Shown here: positions 29,137 to 38,683 of the stretch, piece by piece
Numbering within the stretch: the stretch's first letter is position 1
Layout of the letters: the number at the start of each line of letters is the position of its first letter
Made by a program: the position numbers and the translations under genes
The notes under the pieces: generated by a model
Databases searched by the model: none
What the model was told of the DNA's origin: nothing
The model's input: only the letters and a program-made list of their open reading frames with translations
Origin: an uncultured bacterium
Lineage (GTDB): Bacteria > Krumholzibacteriota > Krumholzibacteriia > LZORAL124-64-63
Length of the DNA stretch: 64,000 bases
Direction: 5' to 3'
Assembly (NCBI GenBank): GCA_963727525.1
Contig: CAVSGO010000007.1
Coordinates: 1,856,001 to 1,920,000, forward strand

Positions 29137-30773
29137 AACTCAATGCGTGCGGCGGGCGCGCCGTCGGCGGTAGTGAAGCTGCCACCGGCGTAGAGCACGC
29201 CATTGTCGGAGTAGAGAGCGCGCACGGTGCCATCCAAGCCGCCGCCGAGGGCGTGCCACGCATTGCCGTCGTAGGCGGCCACGCGATTGGCGGGCACGCC
29301 ATCGAAACTGGTGAAGGCGCCGCCGGCAATCAGCTCGCCCTCGTGCACCACCAGTGCCCAGACCGAGTTGCCGGGCGCGCCGGCGCCGGACCAGCCGACG
29401 CCGTCCCAGCGCTGGATGCGGTCGACGCCGAAGCTCTGGTCCGTACCCGCGTAGAGGTCGCCATCGTACACGGCGAGCGCCCGCACGTCGTTGCCCACGC
29501 CGCCGCCCACGCGGTGCCACGCGTCACCGTCCCAGCGCACGACGTTGGTGCATTTGCCCTGGCCCTCGATCACCGAGGGCAGACGGATGTTCTCGCCACC
29601 TGCGATCACGTCGCCGTCGTAGGTGACGAGGGCGTGGATCCAGTGGCGGTTGAACGTGGTCATACCGATGCCACCCCCCAGGTGCACCCACTCGCCATCG
29701 TCCCAGCGCACGATGCCGTTGGCGAAGAACCCGCTGACATACAGCTCGCCGCCGATGTTGGCGATGGCGTTGATCCCGTCGGTGAAGTCGCCGCCCTGCG
29801 GAGGTTGCCAGGTGGCATTCTCGTAGGCGCGCACCCGCCAGTGCGTCGCGCCGTCGTACTCGCGGCACACGGTGTAAAGCGTTTCGCCCAGCGTGCCCAT
29901 GCTCATGACGTAGCGATCGGCGGAGGGATCACCGCATGGGTCGTAGCTATCGCCGGCGTGCAGGACGAGACCGCGCGACTCCTGCCCGTCGGCATACTGG
30001 AAGCTGCCACCGACGAAGAGGTTGCCGACCCCAGGCTCGAAGCACTCCACCCAGCCGAGCGTGAGGCCCGCGCCGAAGGCGGCCGTGCCCTCGTCCTCGC
30101 TCCAGGCCGTATGGCCCCAGGTCTCGGCGATAGGTCCGGGGGGATCGAAGGAGAAGTCACCACCGAAGTGGAGCCGACCACCATACGAGGTCAGCGCGTG
30201 GACCTCGTCCTCGAGATCCCAGCCGGGCGTGCCGGCGGGCCGTACCCACTGGAGTCCCTCCCAGCGCATGAACGGGGTGAAGGGTACGTTGACGTCTCCG
30301 GTGGGCAAGTTGCCGCCGACATAGATGTGACCATCGTGATATGCGGCGCACAACGGCTCGTCCGGCAGGCCCGGCAAGGCGTGCCAGGCACCGTCCCAGC
30401 TGGCGCAGCGTACGATCTCCTCGCAATCCACTTCCCAGAACGGACCACCCACGACGACAGCCTGCTGCAAGCCGAGGACGAAGTTTGGAATGGTGTTGAT
30501 GCCGGCCCCCATCGGTTCCCAGTACCGGCCGTTCCAGATCGCCACATGGGACGAAGGCTGGCCGCCGGCCGACTCGAACCAGCCGCCGACCACCGCGTTG
30601 CCTTGCCATTCCGTGAGGCAATAGCCCTCCCCGTCGTACCCGGACGGCCCCACGAGACCCATGGGCGCGAATTGCCACGACCAGTACTGGGCCACGGTGG
30701 GCGCCGCGAAGGCGAGTCCGAGCCAGACACATAAGACGTGGGCCCACCGAGATCCAGCGAGACGGGAACCCAT
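29118..30773 (-). CDS. secreted beta-propeller repeat protein, 3' end running into the IS
   Basis: Signal peptide; repeated VA.WDG..W..LG.G..V.AL..Y.G.L.AGG.F units; last codons and stop lie inside the IS end. Confidence 0.75.
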   Translation of the reverse strand: MGSRLAGSRWAHVLCVWLGLAFAAPTVAQYWSWQFAPMGLVGPSGYDGEGYCLTEWQGNAVVGGWFESAGGQPSSHVAIWNGRYWEPMGAGINTIPNFVLGLQQAVVVGGPFWEVDCEEIVRCASWDGAWHALPGLPDEPLCAAYHDGHIYVGGNLPTGDVNVPFTPFMRWEGLQWVRPAGTPGWDLEDEVHALTSYGGRLHFGGDFSFDPPGPIAETWGHTAWSEDEGTAAFGAGLTLGWVECFEPGVGNLFVGGSFQYADGQESRGLVLHAGDSYDPCGDPSADRYVMSMGTLGETLYTVCREYDGATHWRVRAYENATWQPPQGGDFTDGINAIANIGGELYVSGFFANGIVRWDDGEWVHLGGGIGMTTFNRHWIHALVTYDGDVIAGGENIRLPSVIEGQGKCTNVVRWDGDAWHRVGGGVGNDVRALAVYDGDLYAGTDQSFGVDRIQRWDGVGWSGAGAPGNSVWALVVHEGELIAGGAFTSFDGVPANRVAAYDGNAWHALGGGLDGTVRALYSDNGVLYAGGSFTTADGAPAARIELCQEEC

Positions 30774-30934
30774 GGCACGACCTCCGGGAGGCATCATGAA
30801 CACCGAGTTGCAGCTCTCAAGATCATGAGACGCGGCCGGAGCACCGCCATCACGGCAAGCCGCTCTTTCGGCGCATCCGCCGTGGCAGTACATTGCCCGC
30901 CTGAACGCCACGCCACGCCACCCGAGGAGCCCCC

Positions 30935-32341
30935 ATGGCCAACCCCGCGAGCTCGGCCCGCGACGATCTGGTCACCGCGCCCATCCCTCAACTCGTGCGC
31001 AGACTGGCGATCCCGGCGTCGATCGGCTTCTTCTTCAACACGATGTACAACGTGGTGGACACGTTCTACGCCGGGCGCCTGTCCACGGACGCCCTGGCCG
31101 CGCTCTCGCTGACGTTTCCCATCTTCTTCGTGCTCGTGGCCGTGGGGTCGGGCTTCTCCACGGGTGCCACGGCGCTCATCGGCCATGCCCTCGGGCAGGG
31201 CGATCGGCGGCAGGCTGCGCTCACGGCCTCGCAGGGGGTGGTGCTGGGCGGGCTGGTGAGCGCGGTGGTGATGGTGGCGGGCTACCTGGCGGCGCCCGCG
31301 CTTTTTCGGCTGCTCGGTGCGCGCGATGCCTACCTCGGCCTATGCTTGCAGTACCTGCACGTGATCCTGGCCGGCGCCGTGGTGGTGCAGACGTTCTACA
31401 TGCTCAACGGCGTGCTCAACGCCCAGGGCGACACGCACTCGTTCCGCGACTACCTGCTGGTGGCCACGCTGGTCAACATCGGGCTCGACCCCTGGTTCAT
31501 GTACGGCGGCGCCGGATTGCCGGCGATGGGCATCGGCGGCATCGCCCTGGCCACGGTGGTGGCACAGACTGGCGGCATGGTATTCCTAGCCATCCGCGCG
31601 CGCCGCACGGGGTTGCTGAGCCGCGCCAGTGGCGCCCAGTGGACGCCGCACCGCAACGTGCTGCGCGCCATTCTGGGCCAGGGGATCCCGGCGAGTCTGA
31701 ACATGATGACGGTGGCCCTCGGCATCTTCATCATCACCTACTTCCTCAGCGGCTTCGGGCAGTCGGCGGTGGCGGCCTACGGTGTGGCCACGCGCGTCGA
31801 GCAGATCGTATTGCTGCCGACGCTGGGGCTGAACGTGGCCGCGCTCACGCTGGCGGCGCAGAACGGTGGGGCCGGCCGGATCGATCGGGTGCGCACGGCG
31901 GTGCGCACATCTCTCCTGTACGGGGCCGGTGTGATGGTGATGGGATCGGCCCTGGTGTTCTTCGGCGCGCCGTTTCTCATGCACCTGTTCACCCAGGACA
32001 CCGAGGTCGTGGCGATCGGCGCGCATTACCTGCGAATCGCGGCATTCATCGAGTACGCGTACGTCGCCCTGTTCGTGAACACGTCGACGTTGCAGGGGCT
32101 GAAGAAGCCCGCCCTCGCCCTGTGGATCGGACTCTATCGCCAGCTCGCCGCGCCGATGGCTCTGTTCTGGCTCGCTACCCGCGTCTGGAACCTCGGCCTC
32201 GACGCGATCTGGTGGGGCATCTTCGGCATGACCTGGTCGGCGGCCCTGATCGCGGTGGTCTTCGCGCAGTGGCAGGTGAGGCGGCTCGAGCAGGCCGCGC
32301 TCACGACGACCGGGCTCGACACGCGGCAGGCCGCTTCGTGA
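30935..32341 (+). CDS. MATE family efflux transporter
   Basis: LAIPASIG..YNVVDTFYAG.L, NIGLDP..GIGGIALAT, AVAAYG..RVEQ; 12 TM. Confidence 0.93.
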   Translation: MANPASSARDDLVTAPIPQLVRRLAIPASIGFFFNTMYNVVDTFYAGRLSTDALAALSLTFPIFFVLVAVGSGFSTGATALIGHALGQGDRRQAALTASQGVVLGGLVSAVVMVAGYLAAPALFRLLGARDAYLGLCLQYLHVILAGAVVVQTFYMLNGVLNAQGDTHSFRDYLLVATLVNIGLDPWFMYGGAGLPAMGIGGIALATVVAQTGGMVFLAIRARRTGLLSRASGAQWTPHRNVLRAILGQGIPASLNMMTVALGIFIITYFLSGFGQSAVAAYGVATRVEQIVLLPTLGLNVAALTLAAQNGGAGRIDRVRTAVRTSLLYGAGVMVMGSALVFFGAPFLMHLFTQDTEVVAIGAHYLRIAAFIEYAYVALFVNTSTLQGLKKPALALWIGLYRQLAAPMALFWLATRVWNLGLDAIWWGIFGMTWSAALIAVVFAQWQVRRLEQAALTTTGLDTRQAAS

Positions 32342-33888
32342 CGCGGGGACGGCTCGCGGCGGTCGGCGGCCTCGTCGTTCTCCTGACCGCGGCGGCCACG
32401 GCGGTGGCGGCGCCGGTGCGCGTCCTCTGGCCGCCGGTGGCGGCGCTGCTGGTGATCGTGGTCACGCGCCATGCGCTGGTCGGCTTGCTCGTGGGTGGCG
32501 TGGCGGGTGGCGTGATGCTGGCCGGCGGACACCCGCTCGCGGCCGCGACCGGCCTCGTCGTCGATCATCTCGCCCCCAGCCTGCGCAGTCCCTGGAAGCT
32601 GGGCGCCATCGCGTTCACGCTGCTGCTCGGAGGCTTCGCCGCCGTCCTGGAGCGCAGCGGCGGCTTCGCGCGGCTGGTGCGGCGGGCGGTGCGCACCGAC
32701 GCCGACGCCCCACGCGCGATCGAGACGGCGGCGGCGGGCCTGGGATTGCTCTGCTTCTTCGACGGCCTGGCCAACAGCATGGTGGTGGGCCGCGTGTGCC
32801 GCGATCTCGGCGACCGCCACGGCGTGGCCCGGGTGAAGCTGGCCTACATCACCGATTCCACGTCGTCGGCCGTGGCCTGCGTCGCGCTGCTGTCCACCTG
32901 GATCGCCTTCCAGCTCACGCTCATCCACGACGCCTTCGCCCAGGCCGGATACGCGGTGAACCCGTACACAATCTTTCTCGCCTCGCTTCCCGACAACTTC
33001 TACTGCTGGTTCACCCTGGTGCTGCTTTTTGCGTCGATCCGCGCGCGGTACCATCCCGGGCCGATGGGCGCCTGCGTGCGGGCTGCACAGCCACACGCAA
33101 CGGTCGCCGGCGACGCGAGCGGTATGGACGGACCGGTGCGCGCCGCACTGATCCCGCTCGCCGCACTCATGGTGGCCTTCGTCGCGGGTTTCGTGGCGCT
33201 CGGCAGCCCACGCCCGGTGTGGCCGCCCACCCGCGCCAAGCTCGTGGCCGCATTCGGGTCGGACGCCGGTCCCCTCGTCCTCGTGCTCGCGGCCGTGGCG
33301 GCCACGATGGTGGCGCTGGTGCTGTTCCCCCGCACGCGCGGGCTGCGCGTGGCGACGCGCGCGTTCGGTAGCGGCGTCGCCACCATGGTGCTGCCCATCT
33401 TCATCCTGATCGCGGCCTGGATGCTCGGCAGCGTGATGGACCGGCTCGGCACGGCCGCCCTGATCGCGCGCCTGGCCACCGACACCACGTCCCTGGCCCT
33501 CCTGCCCACCCTGACGTTTGTGACGGGCGCCGCCATCTCATTCGCCACGGGCACCTCGTGGGGCACTATGGGCCTGCTCTTTCCCCTCGCCGTACCGGCC
33601 GGCGCCGCCCTCGGCGGCGACGTGAACCACTTGACCACCATCGTGGCCGCCGTGTTCAGTGGCGCGGTGTTCGGCGACCACTGCTCCCCGTTCAGCGACA
33701 CCACCATCGTGACCGCCATCTCCTGCGGCGTCGAACCCCACGACCACGTGCGCACGCAGATTCCGTACGCACTGATCACGGCCGCCGTGGCCGTGGTCTG
33801 CGGCTTCCTGCCCGTCGGCTTCGGCTTGCCAGGCTGGGCGGGCCTGGGCGCCGGTTCTCTCCTGCTGGTGGGGATCGCAACGCGCTGA
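32338..33888 (+). CDS. Na+/H+ antiporter NhaC family protein
   Basis: FFDGLAN, KLAYITDST, SFATGTSWGT, GAVFGDHCSPFSDTT, HVRTQIPY; GTG overlaps the MATE stop. Confidence 0.88.
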   Translation: MTRGRLAAVGGLVVLLTAAATAVAAPVRVLWPPVAALLVIVVTRHALVGLLVGGVAGGVMLAGGHPLAAATGLVVDHLAPSLRSPWKLGAIAFTLLLGGFAAVLERSGGFARLVRRAVRTDADAPRAIETAAAGLGLLCFFDGLANSMVVGRVCRDLGDRHGVARVKLAYITDSTSSAVACVALLSTWIAFQLTLIHDAFAQAGYAVNPYTIFLASLPDNFYCWFTLVLLFASIRARYHPGPMGACVRAAQPHATVAGDASGMDGPVRAALIPLAALMVAFVAGFVALGSPRPVWPPTRAKLVAAFGSDAGPLVLVLAAVAATMVALVLFPRTRGLRVATRAFGSGVATMVLPIFILIAAWMLGSVMDRLGTAALIARLATDTTSLALLPTLTFVTGAAISFATGTSWGTMGLLFPLAVPAGAALGGDVNHLTTIVAAVFSGAVFGDHCSPFSDTTIVTAISCGVEPHDHVRTQIPYALITAAVAVVCGFLPVGFGLPGWAGLGAGSLLLVGIATR

Positions 33889-34003
33889 TCAGGTCTTTTC
33901 GCCGCGAATCTTTTCGATCTGCCGTACACTGTGCCGTGACCGTGGCCAAACGTGACCGACCGGTACGCCCCGCCCCGGTTCCGTTCATGAGGAGGTATCC
34001 AGC

Positions 34004-35326
34004 TTGCACACCAGGATCACGGCACTCAGGACTCGCGCTGGCGCGCTCGTGCTCGCCGCCGCGGCCCTGTCCCTCGTCGTCGCCGGCTGTCAGAGCAACG
34101 GAGGCACGAACGGGCCGGCGGCCTCCGAAACCGGCAACACCAGCGTGGTCCGTGGCGAGATCGCGACCACTGTCGCCGCGTTCGAGTTTGCCAGCCAGGT
34201 CGCTCCCGATTCCCCCACCCCGCCGCCTGGTCCCTTCCTTATCCGCGGCAATAACGTGAGCTACGACAGCAACTCTGGCACGCTGAACGTGGACCTCACG
34301 GTGGTCAACGCCAGCGATCACATCTATCCGGAACCGGTGACATTCACCTTCGTGCAGCTCCTGCCTTCCGACGTGACCATCGTCGGCGCCGTCAACGACT
34401 CTACCGGTGTCGGGGCTATGATCGTGTGCTCGTTCGCCAACGACGACGCCATGTGGACACCGGGCGAGGAGAGCCTGCCGCGCACCGTGCAGTTCGTGGT
34501 GGACGCGGGCGTGTCGATCGGCTTCGCCGCGCGCATCGACGTGGGCATGAACCCGCTGGGCGGCACCATCGGCGGCCTCGTGTGGCGCGACGCGAACGGT
34601 GACGGCATGGTCGACCCCGACGAGGCAGGCATCGGCGGCGCGGGCCTGCGCGTGACCGCCGGTGGCGATCGGCAGTGGCTGGCGATGACCGGCGCCGACG
34701 GCATGTTCCGCGTGGATGGGCTCGACGCCGGCCTCTACACCGTCACCCGGCTGCCACGCCCGGATCTGAGAGCGACCACACCACCCCAGCTCCAGGTGTT
34801 GCTGGTGAGTCAGGATGGGCAAGTGTCTGACTTCCTCACCGCGAATTTCGGCTGCCAGATGGCTCCGCCGGACAACAATAACGCGATCACCGTGGGCGAC
34901 TGCGTGCATGCCAAGGGTGAATTCGCGCGCGGTCCCGCCCGGCTGAACGCCCGCGTGGTGAGTTTCTGCGATGACGAGAACGACGAGCCGAACGATGACG
35001 CCTGCCCGCAGCGGCTCGTGGGGCCGATCACCGCCGCGCACCCCGATAGCGGCCTCGTGGCTGTGATGGGCACGTGGTTGCGCATCACCGCTGCCTCGCG
35101 GATCGACGTCGATCATCTCGTCATTGGTCAGCGGGTCCGGGCTGACGTGGTGATGATTGCCGACGTCGCCGGCCATCACCTCGAAGTGTGCCGCCTGCGG
35201 CGCTTCAACGGCCACTTCGATCGCGTCCTCGGCGAGGTGCAGAGCGTGATCACCGACGCGCGAGGCCGGGTGGCGCAAGTGCGCATCCTCGACACGGTGA
35301 TCACGATCGCCCACGATCACTGGTAG
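34004..35326 (+). CDS. lipoprotein with SdrD-B-like domain
   Basis: VAGC lipobox; IGGLVWRDANGDG..D.DE.GI..TGADG.F..LDAG.YTV; TTG start with GGAGG. Confidence 0.75.
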   Translation: MHTRITALRTRAGALVLAAAALSLVVAGCQSNGGTNGPAASETGNTSVVRGEIATTVAAFEFASQVAPDSPTPPPGPFLIRGNNVSYDSNSGTLNVDLTVVNASDHIYPEPVTFTFVQLLPSDVTIVGAVNDSTGVGAMIVCSFANDDAMWTPGEESLPRTVQFVVDAGVSIGFAARIDVGMNPLGGTIGGLVWRDANGDGMVDPDEAGIGGAGLRVTAGGDRQWLAMTGADGMFRVDGLDAGLYTVTRLPRPDLRATTPPQLQVLLVSQDGQVSDFLTANFGCQMAPPDNNNAITVGDCVHAKGEFARGPARLNARVVSFCDDENDEPNDDACPQRLVGPITAAHPDSGLVAVMGTWLRITAASRIDVDHLVIGQRVRADVVMIADVAGHHLEVCRLRRFNGHFDRVLGEVQSVITDARGRVAQVRILDTVITIAHDHW

Positions 35327-35331
35327 GTCGG

Positions 35332-35360
35332 TTGACATCCCCGGCGCATGCCCGGACATT
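35332..35360 (+). promoter_or_regulatory. putative sigma70 promoter of the metal-uptake operon
   Basis: TTGACA-17nt-GACATT. Confidence 0.45.
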
Positions 35361-35408
35361 GTCGGGCATCGCGCCGGCGGATCGCGCCGGCACCTCGAAC
35401 CGGATGGT

Positions 35409-35732
35409 GTGATCGGGATGAACCCCCTGCGGACAGCCGGCAAGCCTGGACCGATGATGCGGGGCCGTCTGGCCGCCGCTGTCGCGACGTGCCTCCTGCT
35501 GCTCTTCGCCCTGTTGCCCACTGTCCACCTGGCCACGGCCTCGGCGGGCCACGCGGCCGATGAATGCCCGATCTGCCACACGCTGCAGCGCCACGGCGAT
35601 CTGACGTTCGCCAGCGCGACCATGGGGCAGCCCGACCAGCCACCCGGCCTGCCGCTCAACCTGGCGCCGATCCCCCACGCGCCCTGTGCCCCCTCCCACA
35701 CACCCGTTTCACGCGCCCCTCCCGTGGTGTAA
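35409..35732 (+). CDS. DUF2946-like leader protein (signal/TM, H..CPICH, C-terminal RAPP)
   Basis: Hydrophobic segment, GHAADECPICH, Pro-rich linker, SRAPPVV*; start may be ATG 35418 or later. Confidence 0.75.
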   Translation: MIGMNPLRTAGKPGPMMRGRLAAAVATCLLLLFALLPTVHLATASAGHAADECPICHTLQRHGDLTFASATMGQPDQPPGLPLNLAPIPHAPCAPSHTPVSRAPPVV

Positions 35733-35783
35733 TCGCCGACGTTCCCTGACGACTGCGACCATCAACCCCGGAGGTCCCACCCC

Positions 35784-36911
35784 ATGGTGCGACGTGCCCT
35801 CTCGCCGGCCGCGACGGCCCTGGCGCTCCTGATCACCTGCCTGCCCGCGGTGGCCGGCGTGGTCAATCCGAAGATCTCGGTCATCGGTCAGCCCTACCTC
35901 ATGGTGACCACCGATCCCGCGAACCCCGACCATGACCACCTGCGCATGGACGTGGGCGAGACCGAACTCGTGTACGACGACTACCTCAATCCCTACACGC
36001 GCGGGTACTTCACCCTTTCCCTGGCGACGGACGGCATGGCCCTGGAGGAAGGCTACTTCCAGATCATGCGCGGCTTGCCGCTGGGGCTCTCGCTCAAGGG
36101 CGGCAAGTGGCGCGAGGATTTCGGCAAGCTCAACGCCCAGCATCCGCATACGTACCCGTTCTTCGACCGCTTCCACGTACTGTCCACCTACCTGCCCGGC
36201 GACGAATCGTTCAATGACACGGGCCTCGAGTTATCGACCCGCCTGCCGGCGCCCGGCGATCTGTCGCTGACGGCGTCGGCCTCGTGGTTGCAGGGCGACG
36301 TGTTCCGCCGCGCGCGCGAAGCGACCGGTTTTGCCGGCGACCCACTCAACAACGGCGGGGACGATGACGCCTCACAATCGCGCCCCGGCGTGCTGGGCCG
36401 CCTGTCCGCGTTCGCCATGGTCGGTGAACGGTCGGGTCTGGAGTGGGGACTGTCGGCGACGCACGGCACCAACAACGTCGCCGCCGGGACCCACACGACC
36501 GTGCTGGGCGCCGACGTGAAGGCCAAGCTCTGGAACTCCGAACGCTCGTACCTCGTGCTGCAGGCCGAGGCGTTGCACCTGGATCGTGGCGATGCGACGT
36601 GGGATCCGGCGGCCGGCTACGGGCATGACACCCGCAAACCCTGGGGCTGGTATGCCTACGGCGACTACAACTGGAACCTGCGCTGGAACGCCGGCCTGTC
36701 GTACGAACGGTTCCAACAGGACAATCCCGAGCAGGCGTGGGACAGCGCGTACGGCGTGTTCGCCGGCTTCGCCCTGATGGAGGAGACCACGGCGATCCGC
36801 GCCGGTTGGGAGCACTTCATGCCCGGCGGTTCGCCGCAACCCGACGCCATCGACACATATACCGTGCGGATCATCTACTCGATGGGGCCGCACAAGGCTC
36901 ACCAGTTCTAG
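35784..36911 (+). CDS. outer-membrane beta-barrel protein associated with metal uptake
   Basis: Signal peptide, NPKISVIG, FGKLNAQHPH, C-terminal GPHKAHQF. Confidence 0.75.
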   Translation: MVRRALSPAATALALLITCLPAVAGVVNPKISVIGQPYLMVTTDPANPDHDHLRMDVGETELVYDDYLNPYTRGYFTLSLATDGMALEEGYFQIMRGLPLGLSLKGGKWREDFGKLNAQHPHTYPFFDRFHVLSTYLPGDESFNDTGLELSTRLPAPGDLSLTASASWLQGDVFRRAREATGFAGDPLNNGGDDDASQSRPGVLGRLSAFAMVGERSGLEWGLSATHGTNNVAAGTHTTVLGADVKAKLWNSERSYLVLQAEALHLDRGDATWDPAAGYGHDTRKPWGWYAYGDYNWNLRWNAGLSYERFQQDNPEQAWDSAYGVFAGFALMEETTAIRAGWEHFMPGGSPQPDAIDTYTVRIIYSMGPHKAHQF

Positions 36912-36930
36912 CCAGCCGGAGGTGCAAGCC

Positions 36931-37833
36931 ATGTTGGCATTCCGTTCCCTGCGTCTCGTCGTGGCCACCGCCGTCCTGGCGACCTTGGCCCTCGTCTCGC
37001 CCACGCACGCCTGGGCGAAGATCCGCGTGGTCGCCTCGATCACCGATCTCGGCTCCATCGCCTCCGCCGTGGGCGGCGACCAGGTGGACGTGGCGGCGAT
37101 CGCTCGGCCCAGCGCCGACGTGCACCACGTGGAGGTGCTGCCCTCGTACATGGTGCGCGTGTCGCGCGCGAAGCTGTACCTGAAGGTGGGTCTGTCGCTC
37201 GATCAGTGGGCCGACCAGATCATCGACGGCTCGCGCAATTCCAAGCTCACCGTACTCGATTGCTCGGCTCACGTCGCGCCGCTGGAAGTGCCCACCACAC
37301 GGGTCGATGCGCGCCAGGGTGACGTCCATCCCAACGGCAATCCCCACTACTGGCTCGACCCGCGCAACGGCGGCGTCGTGGCGCGCGACATCGCCGAGGC
37401 CCTCGCCGCGCTCGATCCCGCGCACGCCGCCGACTTCCGGGCGCGCGCCGGGACCTTTGCCAAGGCCTGCGACACGGCCGTCGCCGCGGCTGCCGCACAA
37501 GTGGCGGCGATGTCGGAGCACACGCTCATCACGTACCACGCGTCGTGGATCTATTTCGGAGATGCCCTGGGCCTGACGATCCCCGAGCACGTGGAGCCCG
37601 TCCCCGGCATCCCGCCCACGGGCGGCCACCTGCAAGACCTGGTCAACCTCATCAAGCAACAACACATCCCTGTGCTGTTGCAGGAGCCGTATTACTCGGA
37701 CGATGCGCCCAAGTTTCTCGCGCGACAGACCGGCATCAAGGTCGTGAAGGTCTCGCCGTCGTGCGACGATACGTCGGCGCCGAGCTACCTCGCCCACTTC
37801 GGCGCCCTCGTCGACGCCATCACCACGAGCTGA
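36931..37833 (+). CDS. metal ABC transporter substrate-binding protein (ZnuA/TroA family)
   Basis: DVHHVE, GDVHPNGNPHYWLDP, TYHASW.YF, EPVPGIPPT..HL. Confidence 0.9.
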   Translation: MLAFRSLRLVVATAVLATLALVSPTHAWAKIRVVASITDLGSIASAVGGDQVDVAAIARPSADVHHVEVLPSYMVRVSRAKLYLKVGLSLDQWADQIIDGSRNSKLTVLDCSAHVAPLEVPTTRVDARQGDVHPNGNPHYWLDPRNGGVVARDIAEALAALDPAHAADFRARAGTFAKACDTAVAAAAAQVAAMSEHTLITYHASWIYFGDALGLTIPEHVEPVPGIPPTGGHLQDLVNLIKQQHIPVLLQEPYYSDDAPKFLARQTGIKVVKVSPSCDDTSAPSYLAHFGALVDAITTS

Positions 37834-37843
37834 GGAGATCCTG

Positions 37844-38683
37844 ATGGCCGCCGCACTGTCCTTGCCATTCTTCCGCACCGCCGCGCTGGCGTGCTTCCTG
37901 CTGGCCGGGATCCACGCGTATCTCGGATTTCACGTGGTGCGCCGCGGCGTGATCTTCGTCGATCTCGCCCTGGCGCAGATGGCCGCGCTCGGCGTGGCCA
38001 TCGCCGTGGTGCTGGGTCGGCACGATCATCCGAACGAGACCTACGCCCTGGCCCTGGCCATGACCCTGGTGGGCGCAGCCTGCTTCGCCTGGTTGCGCAG
38101 CCAGGAACGGCGCCAGGTGCCCCTGGAGGCCTTCATCGGCATCGTATTCGCCACGGCACAGGCCGCAGTCTTCCTCGTGCTGGAGAAGAGCCCGGCCGGG
38201 CCCGAGCACCTGAAGGAGACGCTCGTGGGCGCGCTGTTCACCGTCGATCCGTCGCACATCCTCAAGACAGCGGGCCTGTATGCGGTGATCGGCCTGGCCC
38301 ACTGGTTGCTACGCCGGCCGTTTTTCGAGATCACCAACGACGCCGAAGGCGCGAGGCGGCGCGGTCGCAACCTCTTCCTCTGGGACTTCCTGTTCTACGG
38401 CATCTTCGGCTTCGTGGTGACGTCGTCGGTGCAGATCGCCGGTGTGCTCCTCGTCTTCGGCCTGCTGGTGATCCCGGCGGTGGCGGGGCTGATGGCGAGC
38501 GAGCGGCCGGGCATGGCCCTGCTCGCGGGCTGGGCTTTCGCCTTCGTCGCGTGCCTCGCGGGGTTGCTGGGCTCGGTGCAGTTCGATCTGCCGGCTGCCC
38601 CGAGCGTGCTGGTGTCGCTCTCCGGTCTGCTGATCCTGCTGGGTGTGGTACTACGGCTGCGGCGGCCTAGGGAACCGGCGTGA
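37844..38683 (+). CDS. metal ABC transporter permease (ZnuB-like)
   Basis: YLGFHVVRRGVIFVDLALAQ, EAFIG, SSVQIAGVLLVF.LLVIPA. Confidence 0.88.
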   Translation: MAAALSLPFFRTAALACFLLAGIHAYLGFHVVRRGVIFVDLALAQMAALGVAIAVVLGRHDHPNETYALALAMTLVGAACFAWLRSQERRQVPLEAFIGIVFATAQAAVFLVLEKSPAGPEHLKETLVGALFTVDPSHILKTAGLYAVIGLAHWLLRRPFFEITNDAEGARRRGRNLFLWDFLFYGIFGFVVTSSVQIAGVLLVFGLLVIPAVAGLMASERPGMALLAGWAFAFVACLAGLLGSVQFDLPAAPSVLVSLSGLLILLGVVLRLRRPREPA

